DNA of 64,000 nt from Cloacimonetes bacterium UBA6097. GTDB lineage: Bacteria; Cloacimonadota; Cloacimonadia; Cloacimonadales; Cloacimonadaceae. The notes under the pieces are model-generated. The model searched no databases. It was given only the letters and a program-made list of their open reading frames with translations, and was not told the DNA's origin. Every line of letters begins with the position of its first letter. The stretch's first letter is position 1. The stretch is from NCBI GenBank assembly GCA_002435865.1, contig DIWV01000002.1, forward strand, positions 127,370 through 191,369. The letters are read 5' to 3'. Below are positions 54,024-63,796 of this stretch, piece after piece. The position numbers and the translations under genes are program-made.

Positions 54024-56351
54024 TTACCACTTTACATTAACGCCAACAAATGGCACTATGGGAAATTGTCCGCTGTCAGACTTTTTAAGAACTGCATTGT
54101 TATCATCATCATAGACAATGTAGTAGTTCCTGCTTCCGATATTTTTATGGTCAAAAACATTGATAACTTCTATATAAGGCTCAATTGAACCCCAGCTCTT
54201 TGTCCACTCAGTCTTTATACTTAAGTCCAGTCTGCTGTAAGCCGGCAGGCGAACCCTGTCTTTATAGCTGTACAGTATCTGAAACTGCTCACCGTCAAAG
54301 AAGACGCCTTCCGGCTTGGAAGTAGGCTGACCTGTGGAATAGGCAAAATTCATGCCGAACTTCACATCTCCACCAAAGAATTCCCAACCTGTATTTTCTG
54401 AGAATTTAAAAGTTTCCACAACATTCATCTGATGAGTTTTATCGTACAAAGGATAGAAATATTGCGGTTCTTCGGTCTGCGGATTGATATTGGTGTCTGC
54501 CATTTTACGGCGGGTGTTGCTAAGAGTATAACCAATGAAGCCCTCCAGACCAAGCCAATCTGTCCTGAGTTGAGTATCAATACCATAGGTATAACCTTTC
54601 CCAACGTGGAAGGTATCTTTTAGCTGTCCTGTTTCATTATTCCAGGTATAATCGTTGGCAGTATTGTATTCGAGGAGGTTTTTATAATTCTTGTAATATA
54701 CTTCAAAATCAAAAGCAAAATTAGAAGTAAGCTCGTTTTTATAACCTATAGAATAATGGTCCGATGCGGCAGGTTCAAGGCTGCCATCCAAAGGAAACCA
54801 CATATCCATAGGCGAGCCCATTCCCACATTCATAAGCGTTAGATATTGATAATAACGACCGTAACTGACAAATACATTTTCAGCAATGTCAAGTTTTCTG
54901 CGCAAGGAAAGCCTTGGTTCCAGATTTGTATAATTAGCGCCTGGACTGCTTTTAAGATTATTTGTAAGAGTATTGTAAACAGATAATCTGAGTCCGGGTT
55001 GAAGGGTCCAGAATTCATCGATATCCCAAATGTCCTGAATATATACAGCACTGGTTAAAGATGTGAGATCCACATCAGGTAGTGTGGTCGGGTCAATCTG
55101 ATAAATAGTTTCCATCATAAGCTTTGTTTCGTTCCACTTAAGTTCCATACCAAAATCAACCTGATGGTTATTATTAATCACCCAGGAGTAGATACCCTTC
55201 AGAGTGATATCATCAATAGAATTCATGCGTGCAAATACCTTGCCGTTTTGTGAGGTCTGGTCCAGATTACTCTCAAACTGGCTTCCTGCCAGGACAAAAT
55301 GTGAAAACAAACGCGGAGTAAACAGATGTACCCATTGCGATGAAAAAGTGCGGTTTCCCCAATCCAGGTGAAGCTTATCCCCCACATCCATATCCAGGTT
55401 GTCTTTGCCAAAATACATGCTGGCGCTAACCTTATCTGTGTTACTAATATCCCAATTCAATTTCCAGTGTCCATCGTAGAAATAGTAATCGGGCAAGTCA
55501 AAGGCTTTTTTAAGCAAATCCAGGTATGTCCTGCGAAAAGAACCCATATAAGAACCGCTTTCATTGCCAATCTTCCAGGGACCTTCCAGAGTGGCATTGG
55601 CAGATATCAGACTAAGCCTTGCTACACCCTGGTGATAATTTCTGTTGCCCTGACGGTTGGTTACATCCAGTACAGATGACAGTCTTCCGCCGTATTTGGC
55701 AGGATATCCACCCTTCATAAGCTCCACACTCTCAACAGCATCAGTGTTAAATGTGCTGAATATTCCTCCAAAATGACTGGGATTATAGACATCAATATCA
55801 TCTATCAGGATAAGGTTTTGGTCAGGACTTCCACCTCTTACATACAATCCGCTGGAAAAATCTGAAACAGGCGTCACTCCCGGTAAAGTCAATATGCTTC
55901 GAAAGACATCAGCTTCTGCAACAGCAACTGTATTTAGGATATCTTCCGTGGTTTGGGTAAGGGTGCTTACTTTGATGTCCGGAGTATTGATCTCATTAAG
56001 TCCACTCTTGCTGGCTGTAACAGTTACCTTGCTTAACTCGATAGCTGCCTTTTCCATCTGGATATTCTGGATAACTTCATCTGAAGTTTCTTTAATTATT
56101 ACAGGCAGGCTGATTTTGCCGTATGAAACCATCGTTGCAACCAGAGTATATTTGCCCGGGGAGTCAATATTGATAACATAATAACCTTTCTTGTTGGTTT
56201 GAGTACCGGCTTTGGTCTCTGTTATCCTTACATTTACATACTGCATTGGTTCTTCACTGTCTTTTCTTGTGATAAAACCACTTACAGTTGCAGCATTGGC
56301 TAATGTTATACAAAACAACAGCCCTATACATAATACTAATAACTTGTTCAT
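54024..56351 (-). CDS. TonB-dependent receptor with N-terminal carboxypeptidase-regulatory-like domain
   Basis: 775 aa with a signal peptide. ATVSGFITRKDSEEPMQYVNVRI...TNKKGYYVI is the CarboxypepD_reg part. Plug region is DVFRSILTLPGV...GLYVRGGSPDQNLILIDDIDVYNPSH. A long beta-barrel ends ...VGVNVKW. Confidence 0.88.
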   Translation of the reverse strand: MNKLLVLCIGLLFCITLANAATVSGFITRKDSEEPMQYVNVRITETKAGTQTNKKGYYVINIDSPGKYTLVATMVSYGKISLPVIIKETSDEVIQNIQMEKAAIELSKVTVTASKSGLNEINTPDIKVSTLTQTTEDILNTVAVAEADVFRSILTLPGVTPVSDFSSGLYVRGGSPDQNLILIDDIDVYNPSHFGGIFSTFNTDAVESVELMKGGYPAKYGGRLSSVLDVTNRQGNRNYHQGVARLSLISANATLEGPWKIGNESGSYMGSFRRTYLDLLKKAFDLPDYYFYDGHWKLNWDISNTDKVSASMYFGKDNLDMDVGDKLHLDWGNRTFSSQWVHLFTPRLFSHFVLAGSQFESNLDQTSQNGKVFARMNSIDDITLKGIYSWVINNNHQVDFGMELKWNETKLMMETIYQIDPTTLPDVDLTSLTSAVYIQDIWDIDEFWTLQPGLRLSVYNTLTNNLKSSPGANYTNLEPRLSLRRKLDIAENVFVSYGRYYQYLTLMNVGMGSPMDMWFPLDGSLEPAASDHYSIGYKNELTSNFAFDFEVYYKNYKNLLEYNTANDYTWNNETGQLKDTFHVGKGYTYGIDTQLRTDWLGLEGFIGYTLSNTRRKMADTNINPQTEEPQYFYPLYDKTHQMNVVETFKFSENTGWEFFGGDVKFGMNFAYSTGQPTSKPEGVFFDGEQFQILYSYKDRVRLPAYSRLDLSIKTEWTKSWGSIEPYIEVINVFDHKNIGSRNYYIVYDDDNNAVLKKSDSGQFPIVPFVGVNVKW

Positions 56352-56372
56352 TACAAATATTCCTTTATATGC

Positions 56373-57056
56373 TCATTTTGATTGATAACTTGTCAGAATT
56401 GCTTTCCAGAGGTTTTTGAGCAGCTGCTCATAATCCAATTCATCCATTTTACGAAGATAATCATCACGTCTTACATATACTTCGTGGCACTGACCCAAAT
56501 GAGTTGTCTCTACATGATTCATCAGATTGAGCATGCCGTTACTGGCTGACCATAACGTGATGGCAACTTCCATGGAGTTTACATCTTTGCGCAGATAACC
56601 GTTTTTAATAGCATCATCTATAGGATCACAGATTATCCTCCACAGATGATTTGATTTTGCCAGGATATCATTGTAAATTTCCAGATTGGAAAAATCATAC
56701 CCGGATGTTGAATCCTGTGAGTTTAGAATGACATATTGACTGTGGCATTCATGATAAAACTTCAGGTATGCTTCACCAATCATCAATATCTTTTCCCGGG
56801 AGGATTTTGCATTTGCCATCTCTGTTTCCAGATATTCCGTAAAAGTCTGCAAGACACATCCAATCGCATGCAGAATTAATTCTTCTTTGTTCTTAAAATA
56901 AAGATATAGGGTTGCCTTGCTAAGCTCTGCACATTCCGCAATCTCATCCATGGTGGCAGAGATCATGCCCTTTACAAGAAAGACCTTCATAGCGCAGTCA
57001 ATAATGGCTGCTTTTCTCTGTTCTCTCTCTCTTTCCTTGCGTTCCTGAATTCCCAT
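56373..57056 (-). CDS. TetR/AcrR family transcriptional regulator
   Basis: 227 aa. The N-terminal HTH reads AIIDCAMKVFLVKGMISATMDEIAECAELSKATLYLYFKNKEEL. Confidence 0.9.
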   Translation of the reverse strand: MGIQERKEREREQRKAAIIDCAMKVFLVKGMISATMDEIAECAELSKATLYLYFKNKEELILHAIGCVLQTFTEYLETEMANAKSSREKILMIGEAYLKFYHECHSQYVILNSQDSTSGYDFSNLEIYNDILAKSNHLWRIICDPIDDAIKNGYLRKDVNSMEVAITLWSASNGMLNLMNHVETTHLGQCHEVYVRRDDYLRKMDELDYEQLLKNLWKAILTSYQSK

Positions 57057-57160
57057 AACGTACGTCCTTTTATTACTAAGAGATTATTTACTGACTAATG
57101 GTCACCAAATTAATGGACGTATAAAATTGTCAAGATATTTGTTTTTTGTTTGTTGTATAA

Positions 57161-57198
57161 AACATAAAGAGCCCTGTTGTTACAGGGCTCTTTATGTT
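57161..57198 (-). terminator. Rho-independent terminator after the ppiD/surA-like gene
   Basis: A perfect 16-bp stem AACATAAAGAGCCCTG / TTGTTA / CAGGGCTCTTTATGTT lies 17 nt after the stop. A T-rich tract follows on the minus strand. Confidence 0.7.
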
Positions 57199-57214
57199 AG
57201 GATTAATTATTATA

Positions 57215-58981
57215 TCATTGTGGATTCAATTGTATTTGCTGTCCACCTTGCGGTTTGGGAAGATCATAGAAATCTTTGCGGTTATCCTCAATTTTCATTT
57301 TTTGCCTTTGAGCATAATACCATTTATTCAGGTGGTCAGTTTTTATTTTGTCATTTGCTTCTGCAATAAGTTTATTCTTTTGCTTCGCCCATACTGCCAT
57401 ATCTGGTTTTACTCTGTTTGTTACAAGAGCCAGAAAAGCATTAGTCACATTTTCTATAAGAGAGGTATATTGTCCTTCTTCAGTAGCCAGCAGGGAATCA
57501 TTAAGAGCTTGGTTGGCAGGGATTCCGGGAATATTGGAATCATGTTTTATATCTTTTGCCTCTATAATCTTCATCGAATCCCTCTCAGCTATTGCTATAT
57601 AATCCTCACCCTTGTGCTGATTGTAAAAATTACGGGCAAATTCTTTATTGGCTTCTATCTTCATACTCTTTTCAAGATTTGTGTTGATACCGGCTTTTTC
57701 TTTTTCATAAGGAGAGTAATGAGTTCCCAGGCTGTCTGATAATTCGAGGACATAAGCTTCGCCATTTCTTCCTGCTACGAATGCAGGAATGTATCCAACA
57801 GAATTTTTAAAAGCATCGGTTATTAATTCCGGATATTGCCCAATTTCTCTTATTCCTTTGTCTTTTTCGTAAAATTCCTGTGTTTCTTCTACGGAGTAAT
57901 CAAGCTTTGCAGCAGCTTCACTTAAACCCAGTTCCCTGGCAGCTAACATTAACCTCTCAGCAGCTTCTTTATCCGGCTCTGGTTTAATAAGTATATGTCT
58001 GGCTCTGACTTCGTCATTGCCTTGTTCATCCTTTCTTTTCTCAAGCGTCTGGATGATGTGCCAGCCAAATTGACTTTGAACCGGTACTGAAATTTGATTT
58101 ATTTCCAAGGCAAAGGCTGTGTCTTCAAATACTTTTACCATTCTGCCTTTGCCAAACCAGCCTAAGTCTCCCCCCTGTTTACCAGAACCGGGATCTGCAG
58201 AGAATTGCTGAGCAAGTTCAGCAAAATCTGCTCCGTCAACAAGAGCCTGATATATTGAATCTGCTTTTGCTTTGGCTGCATTTTCGGATGTTATCTTGAC
58301 AAAACGGTATTTTCTGGCAGGTTCTTTTATATAACTTTCTTTGTGACTGTTATAATAATTTACGGATGCTGAATCCGGAACTACCATATCAGGCATTGTA
58401 GTATAATCAAAATATATGATTCTGGCTGAAGCAAAATTGTTATTCTTTAGCCAAACGTTTTTGATGCTATCAGGTTTAGCCTTGACCTGATATTTAATAG
58501 TTGCAAAAAGCTTATCATATATCATGGTTTCCTTCACTAAATTCAATACGCTTTCTTTAAACTTAGCATCCATGTCCAAAGCTTGTTTAAACTTCGCAGG
58601 ATCGAATGAACCATTGGTTTTAAGTGCTTCAATCTGCTTAACCTGGATAGGTGTATTCTTTAAAGCGCTATCAAGAGCTTCCTGGTCTGTTATAACAATA
58701 CCGCGTTGCTTAATCTCGCTGTCATAGATTGCTCTGCCAATCAGTTCATCCCAGCATTGGTTATTAAGCTCTTTCTTTCTTTCAGTGCTAAGGGTTCCTT
58801 CCTTGGATTGCCAGTAGCTGTAGTAATTATTAAGAATACCATTGAATTCTTCGTATGTGTAAGTCTTGTTGTTTATCTTTCCAACAATTCCTTTAGGATT
58901 GCGGTTGGTCTGAGCCGATAAAACAACTGCTAATGAAATGAGGATCAATATCAATCCAGAAGTATGAATTGCTTTTAACAT
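57215..58981 (-). CDS. Periplasmic chaperone / parvulin-type PPIase (PpiD/SurA-like)
   Basis: 588 aa with an N-terminal anchor or signal. The parvulin domain reads FAELAQQFSADPGSGKQGGDLGWFGKGRMVKVFEDTAFAL...FGWHIIQ, followed by ARHILIK. Confidence 0.85.
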   Translation of the reverse strand: MLKAIHTSGLILILISLAVVLSAQTNRNPKGIVGKINNKTYTYEEFNGILNNYYSYWQSKEGTLSTERKKELNNQCWDELIGRAIYDSEIKQRGIVITDQEALDSALKNTPIQVKQIEALKTNGSFDPAKFKQALDMDAKFKESVLNLVKETMIYDKLFATIKYQVKAKPDSIKNVWLKNNNFASARIIYFDYTTMPDMVVPDSASVNYYNSHKESYIKEPARKYRFVKITSENAAKAKADSIYQALVDGADFAELAQQFSADPGSGKQGGDLGWFGKGRMVKVFEDTAFALEINQISVPVQSQFGWHIIQTLEKRKDEQGNDEVRARHILIKPEPDKEAAERLMLAARELGLSEAAAKLDYSVEETQEFYEKDKGIREIGQYPELITDAFKNSVGYIPAFVAGRNGEAYVLELSDSLGTHYSPYEKEKAGINTNLEKSMKIEANKEFARNFYNQHKGEDYIAIAERDSMKIIEAKDIKHDSNIPGIPANQALNDSLLATEEGQYTSLIENVTNAFLALVTNRVKPDMAVWAKQKNKLIAEANDKIKTDHLNKWYYAQRQKMKIEDNRKDFYDLPKPQGGQQIQLNPQ

Positions 58982-59052
58982 TCTGATCTCCTGTTTCTAG
59001 TTTTTTCCATAAATGCAATGTTTGAGAATAAGCTTTTTCGTCAACTTTCTTT

Positions 59053-59083
59053 TAAAAAAAAGCCCGGTCATACAACCGGGCCT
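59053..59083 (-). terminator. Rho-independent terminator after the 59109-61901 gene
   Basis: On the minus strand: GCCCGG TTGTATGA CCGGGC followed by TTTTTTTT. Confidence 0.7.
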
Positions 59084-59108
59084 CTTAGTATATTGTCTTA
59101 TGTGTTAA

Positions 59109-61901
59109 CTATTTGCTCAGCAGCATTTTCCTGGTAAGGCTCCGGTTATTATTATCCAATCTGTAGAAATAAATTCCACTGGCTACTGAATTATTCATGT
59201 TATCAGTACCATTCCAAACAGCTTTGTATTCACCTGCTTTAAGATTGTTATTTACCAGAGTTTTGACAATCTGACCCTTTGTATTGTATATAGTCAAAGA
59301 AGTCTGACCATCTTTGGGAATGCTGTAGCTGATAGAAGTTTCAGGATTGAAAGGATTGGGATAGTTACTTGCTGTAAATACAAAAGGAACTATTCCGGGA
59401 TCTTCTGAACCTGTACCGTTTTCAACTATGCAATGGATCATAATCTCACCTGTTGTAACTGCTTCCCAGCCTGTCGGTAATTTCTTGTAGCTGTGTCCGT
59501 TTGAACTTGTATCCAGTCCAATAGTTGAAGCATTCGAATATTCATAGATTGCAATATAGAAATCACCATCATCAATAGTAATATCTGAGCCGGTCGGAAC
59601 AGGAATATAATTCCAGCCCTCTACAATTGATGTTGCAGCATATGTAAACTGAGTAAGATGACTGGCGCCCGGCATTCCGTCAACTCCGTTGTCATCATAT
59701 ACCCTGATTATCATTGGTGAGTTTCCAACACTGCTTACATAAATCTTTATAAATTTAATTGTTGAAACATAGTTATTCTCGAACTTGACAGCCATTGAAT
59801 TGGATGAGCCTACACTGAAAGCCTGCTCTGCAGATCCATCATCATAACCCAAATCAGCATAACCCACAGGTAATACATACACTGTTACTAAGTTTGACGG
59901 CAAAGATTCATTTACTCCGTACATACCGGTAACTTTATATGTGTGCAGTCCGCCCGTAACGTTTGCATCTGAGTAAGTCAAGACAGTGGGTAATACTGTT
60001 CCAATTTCAACGTCATCCTTGTAGATTCTATATGCTGTAAGCTCTCGGTCATTGCGTGAACTGTTATGTTCCATTAAAACAGTTCTGTTGGTAGCATCGG
60101 CTACATATGCCTGTATGTTCCAGTTAGCATCAACATCGCCTGATGAAGCATCATATAAAGAACTCCAGGTAGAACTTGTACGATATAAGTCTCCATAACC
60201 TGCAACTGCAGGACCTGCATCATTACCTGCCGGATATTCGCCTGCTGCATGTGGACACATGTATCCTACCCATACATACTGACCCGTAGGAATCGCAAAA
60301 GGAGTGGTTAATGTAACTGTATTCCAGGCACCAATTGTTGGATTGGTAACAACCTGAGAATATACTTCGTTACCTGTTGCACCGGTGTAAATTTTAATTG
60401 TATAAGTAATTCCAGCTTGATTGGGCCAGAATTTTACCTGAGTTATGTTCATTCCGATATAAGGAAGTATACTATTGGGACCTGATGGAGCCCATTTAAC
60501 AGCAACCTCAAGATTTCCGCCATTAGTAAGGCCTATAGCATCAGCGTTTGTGCCATCATCATAACCAATCCAACCGGGTTGACCACCACCGCCCGGTTCA
60601 CTCCAGTTCAGTTCTACAGTGTTTCCTAAAACTGAAGCAGTCAAATTGGATGGTTCTGCCAGGAAGATATCGTTATAAATCTTGAAATCATCTATCATGA
60701 TGCCGGTTCCCGATGGAGTATCAGCATCTGATTGAAAATACCAGCGGAATTGAGCAGTCATGCCATGATAATCAGTAATATAACCATCTAATGTATAACT
60801 TTCTATAGCTGATGACCATAAATCCGGGGCATCAGTATAAACATAATTATTACCTGTTGGACTACCATATGGATTACTCATTGCATTCCAGGTTATCCCA
60901 TTATTTACTGTTATTTCCCATCCCCAATAATCTACATTAGGGAATGTGTCTGGATCAGTAAAGAGACCTTTTATCATAAAGTCTACGCGGATATCTCCAT
61001 CAGCCGGAAGTACAATCGGAGGAGAAATCAAATAATTCATCATATTAGGATTGTAAGTCATCTGAGCATTTTGATTGACATAAGCATGAGTTGGTGACGG
61101 TGCATCTGCTACAACAGTTAAATTCCATAAATCTCCACCTAACGGAACCAAGCTGTCCCATGTCATTAGATCATCATCTACACCGTTGTTTGTATATGTG
61201 CCTAATGCAATATCATCAACCATCATTCCAAACATAGCAGGTGCATCACCGGTTGAATAAGCCGGATCAGAAGCAAAGGCAAACCTGATTTTTACGTTTT
61301 GACCTGCATAACTGGTAAGAGCAAAGGTTGCATTCTGCCATCCATTAGAGTTACCGCCCCAACCGGGAATATTAGGACCTTCGCCATGTTCAAAACCAAA
61401 AGCATAAGAAGAAGTCATATTATACGCTGGAGTTCCGCTAATCGGTGTCCAGGTCATTCCGTTATCAATTGAGATTCTTACATTACAGGCATCCCATCCG
61501 TTATAGGGTGGATCTGCACCGGCAGTAGCTTCTACATTATATTTGACTTTGAATGTCAATGTAGGGCTTGTGGTAGGAACTAAAATCTGTGGTGTATCGA
61601 GAACCAGATACTGATGATCATAATAGCCACCGATATTGGTACCCACTGCTAAGGAAGGATCACCCATCCACCATGCATCACCCTGGGGTGCTCCATCATT
61701 ATAAATATGCCATTCACTTGGTGAAACCGCACCATCAAAATGTGTCCATCCTGTTCCACCTGTTTCGAAGTTTTCAGAATAAGCCACAACTTCATATCTG
61801 CTTGTCTTGCTTTGGGGTGTTCTTTGAGTTGCTGTAACCCCATTTGCAAAAACTACAGAAACCAATAAAAGAGTCAGGACAATAATCCAAAATTTTTTCA
61901 T
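59109..61901 (-). CDS. Large secreted protein with T9SS C-terminal sorting domain
   Basis: 930 aa. Signal peptide MKKFWIIVLTLLLVSVVFA. The N-terminal YSENFETGGTGWTHFDG...EWHIY is MAM/choice-of-anchor-like. The C-terminus is NYPNPFNPETSISYSIP...LTIYNTKGQIV...SGIYFYRLDNN. Confidence 0.8.
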   Translation of the reverse strand: MKKFWIIVLTLLLVSVVFANGVTATQRTPQSKTSRYEVVAYSENFETGGTGWTHFDGAVSPSEWHIYNDGAPQGDAWWMGDPSLAVGTNIGGYYDHQYLVLDTPQILVPTTSPTLTFKVKYNVEATAGADPPYNGWDACNVRISIDNGMTWTPISGTPAYNMTSSYAFGFEHGEGPNIPGWGGNSNGWQNATFALTSYAGQNVKIRFAFASDPAYSTGDAPAMFGMMVDDIALGTYTNNGVDDDLMTWDSLVPLGGDLWNLTVVADAPSPTHAYVNQNAQMTYNPNMMNYLISPPIVLPADGDIRVDFMIKGLFTDPDTFPNVDYWGWEITVNNGITWNAMSNPYGSPTGNNYVYTDAPDLWSSAIESYTLDGYITDYHGMTAQFRWYFQSDADTPSGTGIMIDDFKIYNDIFLAEPSNLTASVLGNTVELNWSEPGGGGQPGWIGYDDGTNADAIGLTNGGNLEVAVKWAPSGPNSILPYIGMNITQVKFWPNQAGITYTIKIYTGATGNEVYSQVVTNPTIGAWNTVTLTTPFAIPTGQYVWVGYMCPHAAGEYPAGNDAGPAVAGYGDLYRTSSTWSSLYDASSGDVDANWNIQAYVADATNRTVLMEHNSSRNDRELTAYRIYKDDVEIGTVLPTVLTYSDANVTGGLHTYKVTGMYGVNESLPSNLVTVYVLPVGYADLGYDDGSAEQAFSVGSSNSMAVKFENNYVSTIKFIKIYVSSVGNSPMIIRVYDDNGVDGMPGASHLTQFTYAATSIVEGWNYIPVPTGSDITIDDGDFYIAIYEYSNASTIGLDTSSNGHSYKKLPTGWEAVTTGEIMIHCIVENGTGSEDPGIVPFVFTASNYPNPFNPETSISYSIPKDGQTSLTIYNTKGQIVKTLVNNNLKAGEYKAVWNGTDNMNNSVASGIYFYRLDNNNRSLTRKMLLSK

Positions 61902-62200
61902 TGTTCCTCCTTAATATTTCTCCGTTTATTATTAATTTAAGCTATTTACATCATATACGCAAACTGCTCTTTTTTGTCAAAAGATTTTTTTCTACCTTTG
62001 AACCGAAGTTATCTAAATCATAATTATGTAATATTTATTCCAATTACATTGGTTAATCCTGAACCATACTGTTAAAATACTTTCTGCTTGACTTAAAAAA
62101 GATTAGTCTGTAAATGAGAAACATCAGACAAAATTAATCTCAATCACTTTAATACCGGACTTTTAGAACATCATAAGAGATTGTAAATAATGAGGTAATA

Positions 62201-63004
62201 ATGAACCTATGGAATGACATCTTCCCTAAAAGGAAACCTGTTATCGGGATGATACACGTACAGGCATTACCAGGTACACCCAAACATCACTTATCACTCA
62301 AGAAAATTATTGAGCAGGCTGTTAAGGAAGCAATTCTGTATGAAAAGTGCGGACTTGATGCCATTATGCTTGAGAATATGCATGATGTACCTTATTTAAA
62401 CAAAAAAGTGGGAGCAGAGGTAATCGCTTATATGACTGCAATTGCCTGTGCTGTGCGCAAGGCGGTCAATGTCCCTGCTGGTATCCAGATTCTGGCAGGC
62501 GCAAATATGGAAGCTTTGGCAGTTGCACATGCGGCTAATCTTAATTTTATCAGGGCAGAAGGTTTTGTCTTTGGACATATTGCAGATGAAGGTTACATGG
62601 ATAGCTGTGCCGGAGAGCTTTTACGCTACCGCAAGCTTATTGGAGCAGAAAACATTGCGGTTTTTACTGACATTAAGAAAAAGCATTCTGCTCATAGTAT
62701 AACTTCCGATGTTTCCATTGCTGAAACTGCCAAAGCAGCAGAGTTCTTTCTCAGTGACGGACTGGTAGTCACAGGTTCTTCTACAGGCAAAGCTGTTAGT
62801 ATAAAAGACCTGACAGATGTAAGAAAAGCTTCGTCTTTACCTGTCCTGGTTGGCTCAGGTATAACATCTGACAACTTAAAAGACTATTGGCAACATGCTG
62901 ACGGCTTTATTGTGGGCTCTTTTTTCAAAGAAGCAGGACTTTGGTCTAATCCAGTGTCTGAATCACGCATCAGAGATTTGATAAAAAAGGCAAAAGCACT
63001 TTAA
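62201..63004 (+). CDS. BtpA/SgcQ family TIM-barrel protein
   Basis: 267 aa. ...KPVIGMIHVQALPGTPKH...GLDAIMLENMHDVPY...VLVGSGIT..N, the BtpA family pattern. Confidence 0.85.
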   Translation: MNLWNDIFPKRKPVIGMIHVQALPGTPKHHLSLKKIIEQAVKEAILYEKCGLDAIMLENMHDVPYLNKKVGAEVIAYMTAIACAVRKAVNVPAGIQILAGANMEALAVAHAANLNFIRAEGFVFGHIADEGYMDSCAGELLRYRKLIGAENIAVFTDIKKKHSAHSITSDVSIAETAKAAEFFLSDGLVVTGSSTGKAVSIKDLTDVRKASSLPVLVGSGITSDNLKDYWQHADGFIVGSFFKEAGLWSNPVSESRIRDLIKKAKAL

Positions 63005-63041
63005 TTCAATAAAATAAGAATAACCATCAGATAAAAAGTAC

Positions 63042-63085
63042 TTGACACTTTCACTATTTTTATTATCATATTATTATGATAATCA
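63042..63085 (+). promoter_or_regulatory. Candidate sigma70-type promoter with overlapping inverted repeat
   Basis: TTGACA (63042-63047), a 16-nt spacer, then TATCAT (63064-63069). The inverted repeat TTATCAT ATTATT ATGATAA overlaps the -10 element. It lies about 40 nt upstream of the AAGGAG RBS and the ATG at 63106. Confidence 0.35.
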
Positions 63086-63105
63086 ATACATTAAGGAGAA
63101 TCAAA

Positions 63106-63729
63106 ATGAAAAAAATCATATTACTGATAACAACAATTACACTTTTGCTATTTGCAGCTTCGCTTTTAGCAGAAGATATGATGAAAACAATACCCGGGGC
63201 AGACGGCGAAAATGTACAAAAAGCTGTCGATCCTGATGCCGAAAGAGCCTTTTACGGTTACTTATCTGATGTGATGTGTGGAGAAAAGGGTATAGATCCT
63301 GAGGAAAATGATCTCACCCAAACTCCCGAGAAACATACTAAAGCCTGTATGATGGCTGAAGAATGTGCAAATTCAGGTTATGGAATCTTTGTAAAGGATG
63401 AAAAAGGTACATATGAATTCTTTAAGTTTGCCGAGAATGGGAATCAGATGGTAAGAGACAATTTACTCCCCAATACTGAAAAAGAATATGGCATCATGAT
63501 AATTGTTATGGGAAGAATGAATAAAGATGGTTTTATTGATGTAAAATCCATTAATGAAGCAGCGATGGAAAATGAAGCTGCAGAAATGAAAGAAGAAGAA
63601 ATGAAAGAAGAAGAAATGAAAGAAGAAGTAAAAGAAGAAATCATGAAGAAACAAGCTAATGAAGAAATGAAAAAAGCTGAAATGGAAAAACAGGTACCCG
63701 GATTGAAAACTAACAAAGTTAAAGAATAA
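63106..63729 (+). CDS. Secreted hypothetical protein with C-terminal E/K/M-rich repeat
   Basis: The AAGGAG RBS is 7 nt before the ATG at 63106 (the track ORF starts at 63076). Signal peptide is MKKIILLITTITLLLFAASLLA. There is a Cys-containing central domain and a tail of EEMKEEEMKEEEMKEEVKEE. Confidence 0.65.
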   Translation: MKKIILLITTITLLLFAASLLAEDMMKTIPGADGENVQKAVDPDAERAFYGYLSDVMCGEKGIDPEENDLTQTPEKHTKACMMAEECANSGYGIFVKDEKGTYEFFKFAENGNQMVRDNLLPNTEKEYGIMIIVMGRMNKDGFIDVKSINEAAMENEAAEMKEEEMKEEEMKEEVKEEIMKKQANEEMKKAEMEKQVPGLKTNKVKE

Positions 63730-63746
63730 TCTAATTAAACCTAAAT

Positions 63747-63778
63747 AAAAAAAGGCAGGTTAATTCCTGCCTTTTTTG
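63747..63778. terminator. Bidirectional rho-independent terminator
   Basis: AAAAAAA AGGCAGG TTAATT CCTGCCT TTTTT, between the convergent 63106-63729 gene and the glgB-like fragment. Confidence 0.7.
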
Positions 63779-63796
63779 TTTTGAAAAACAACTATT

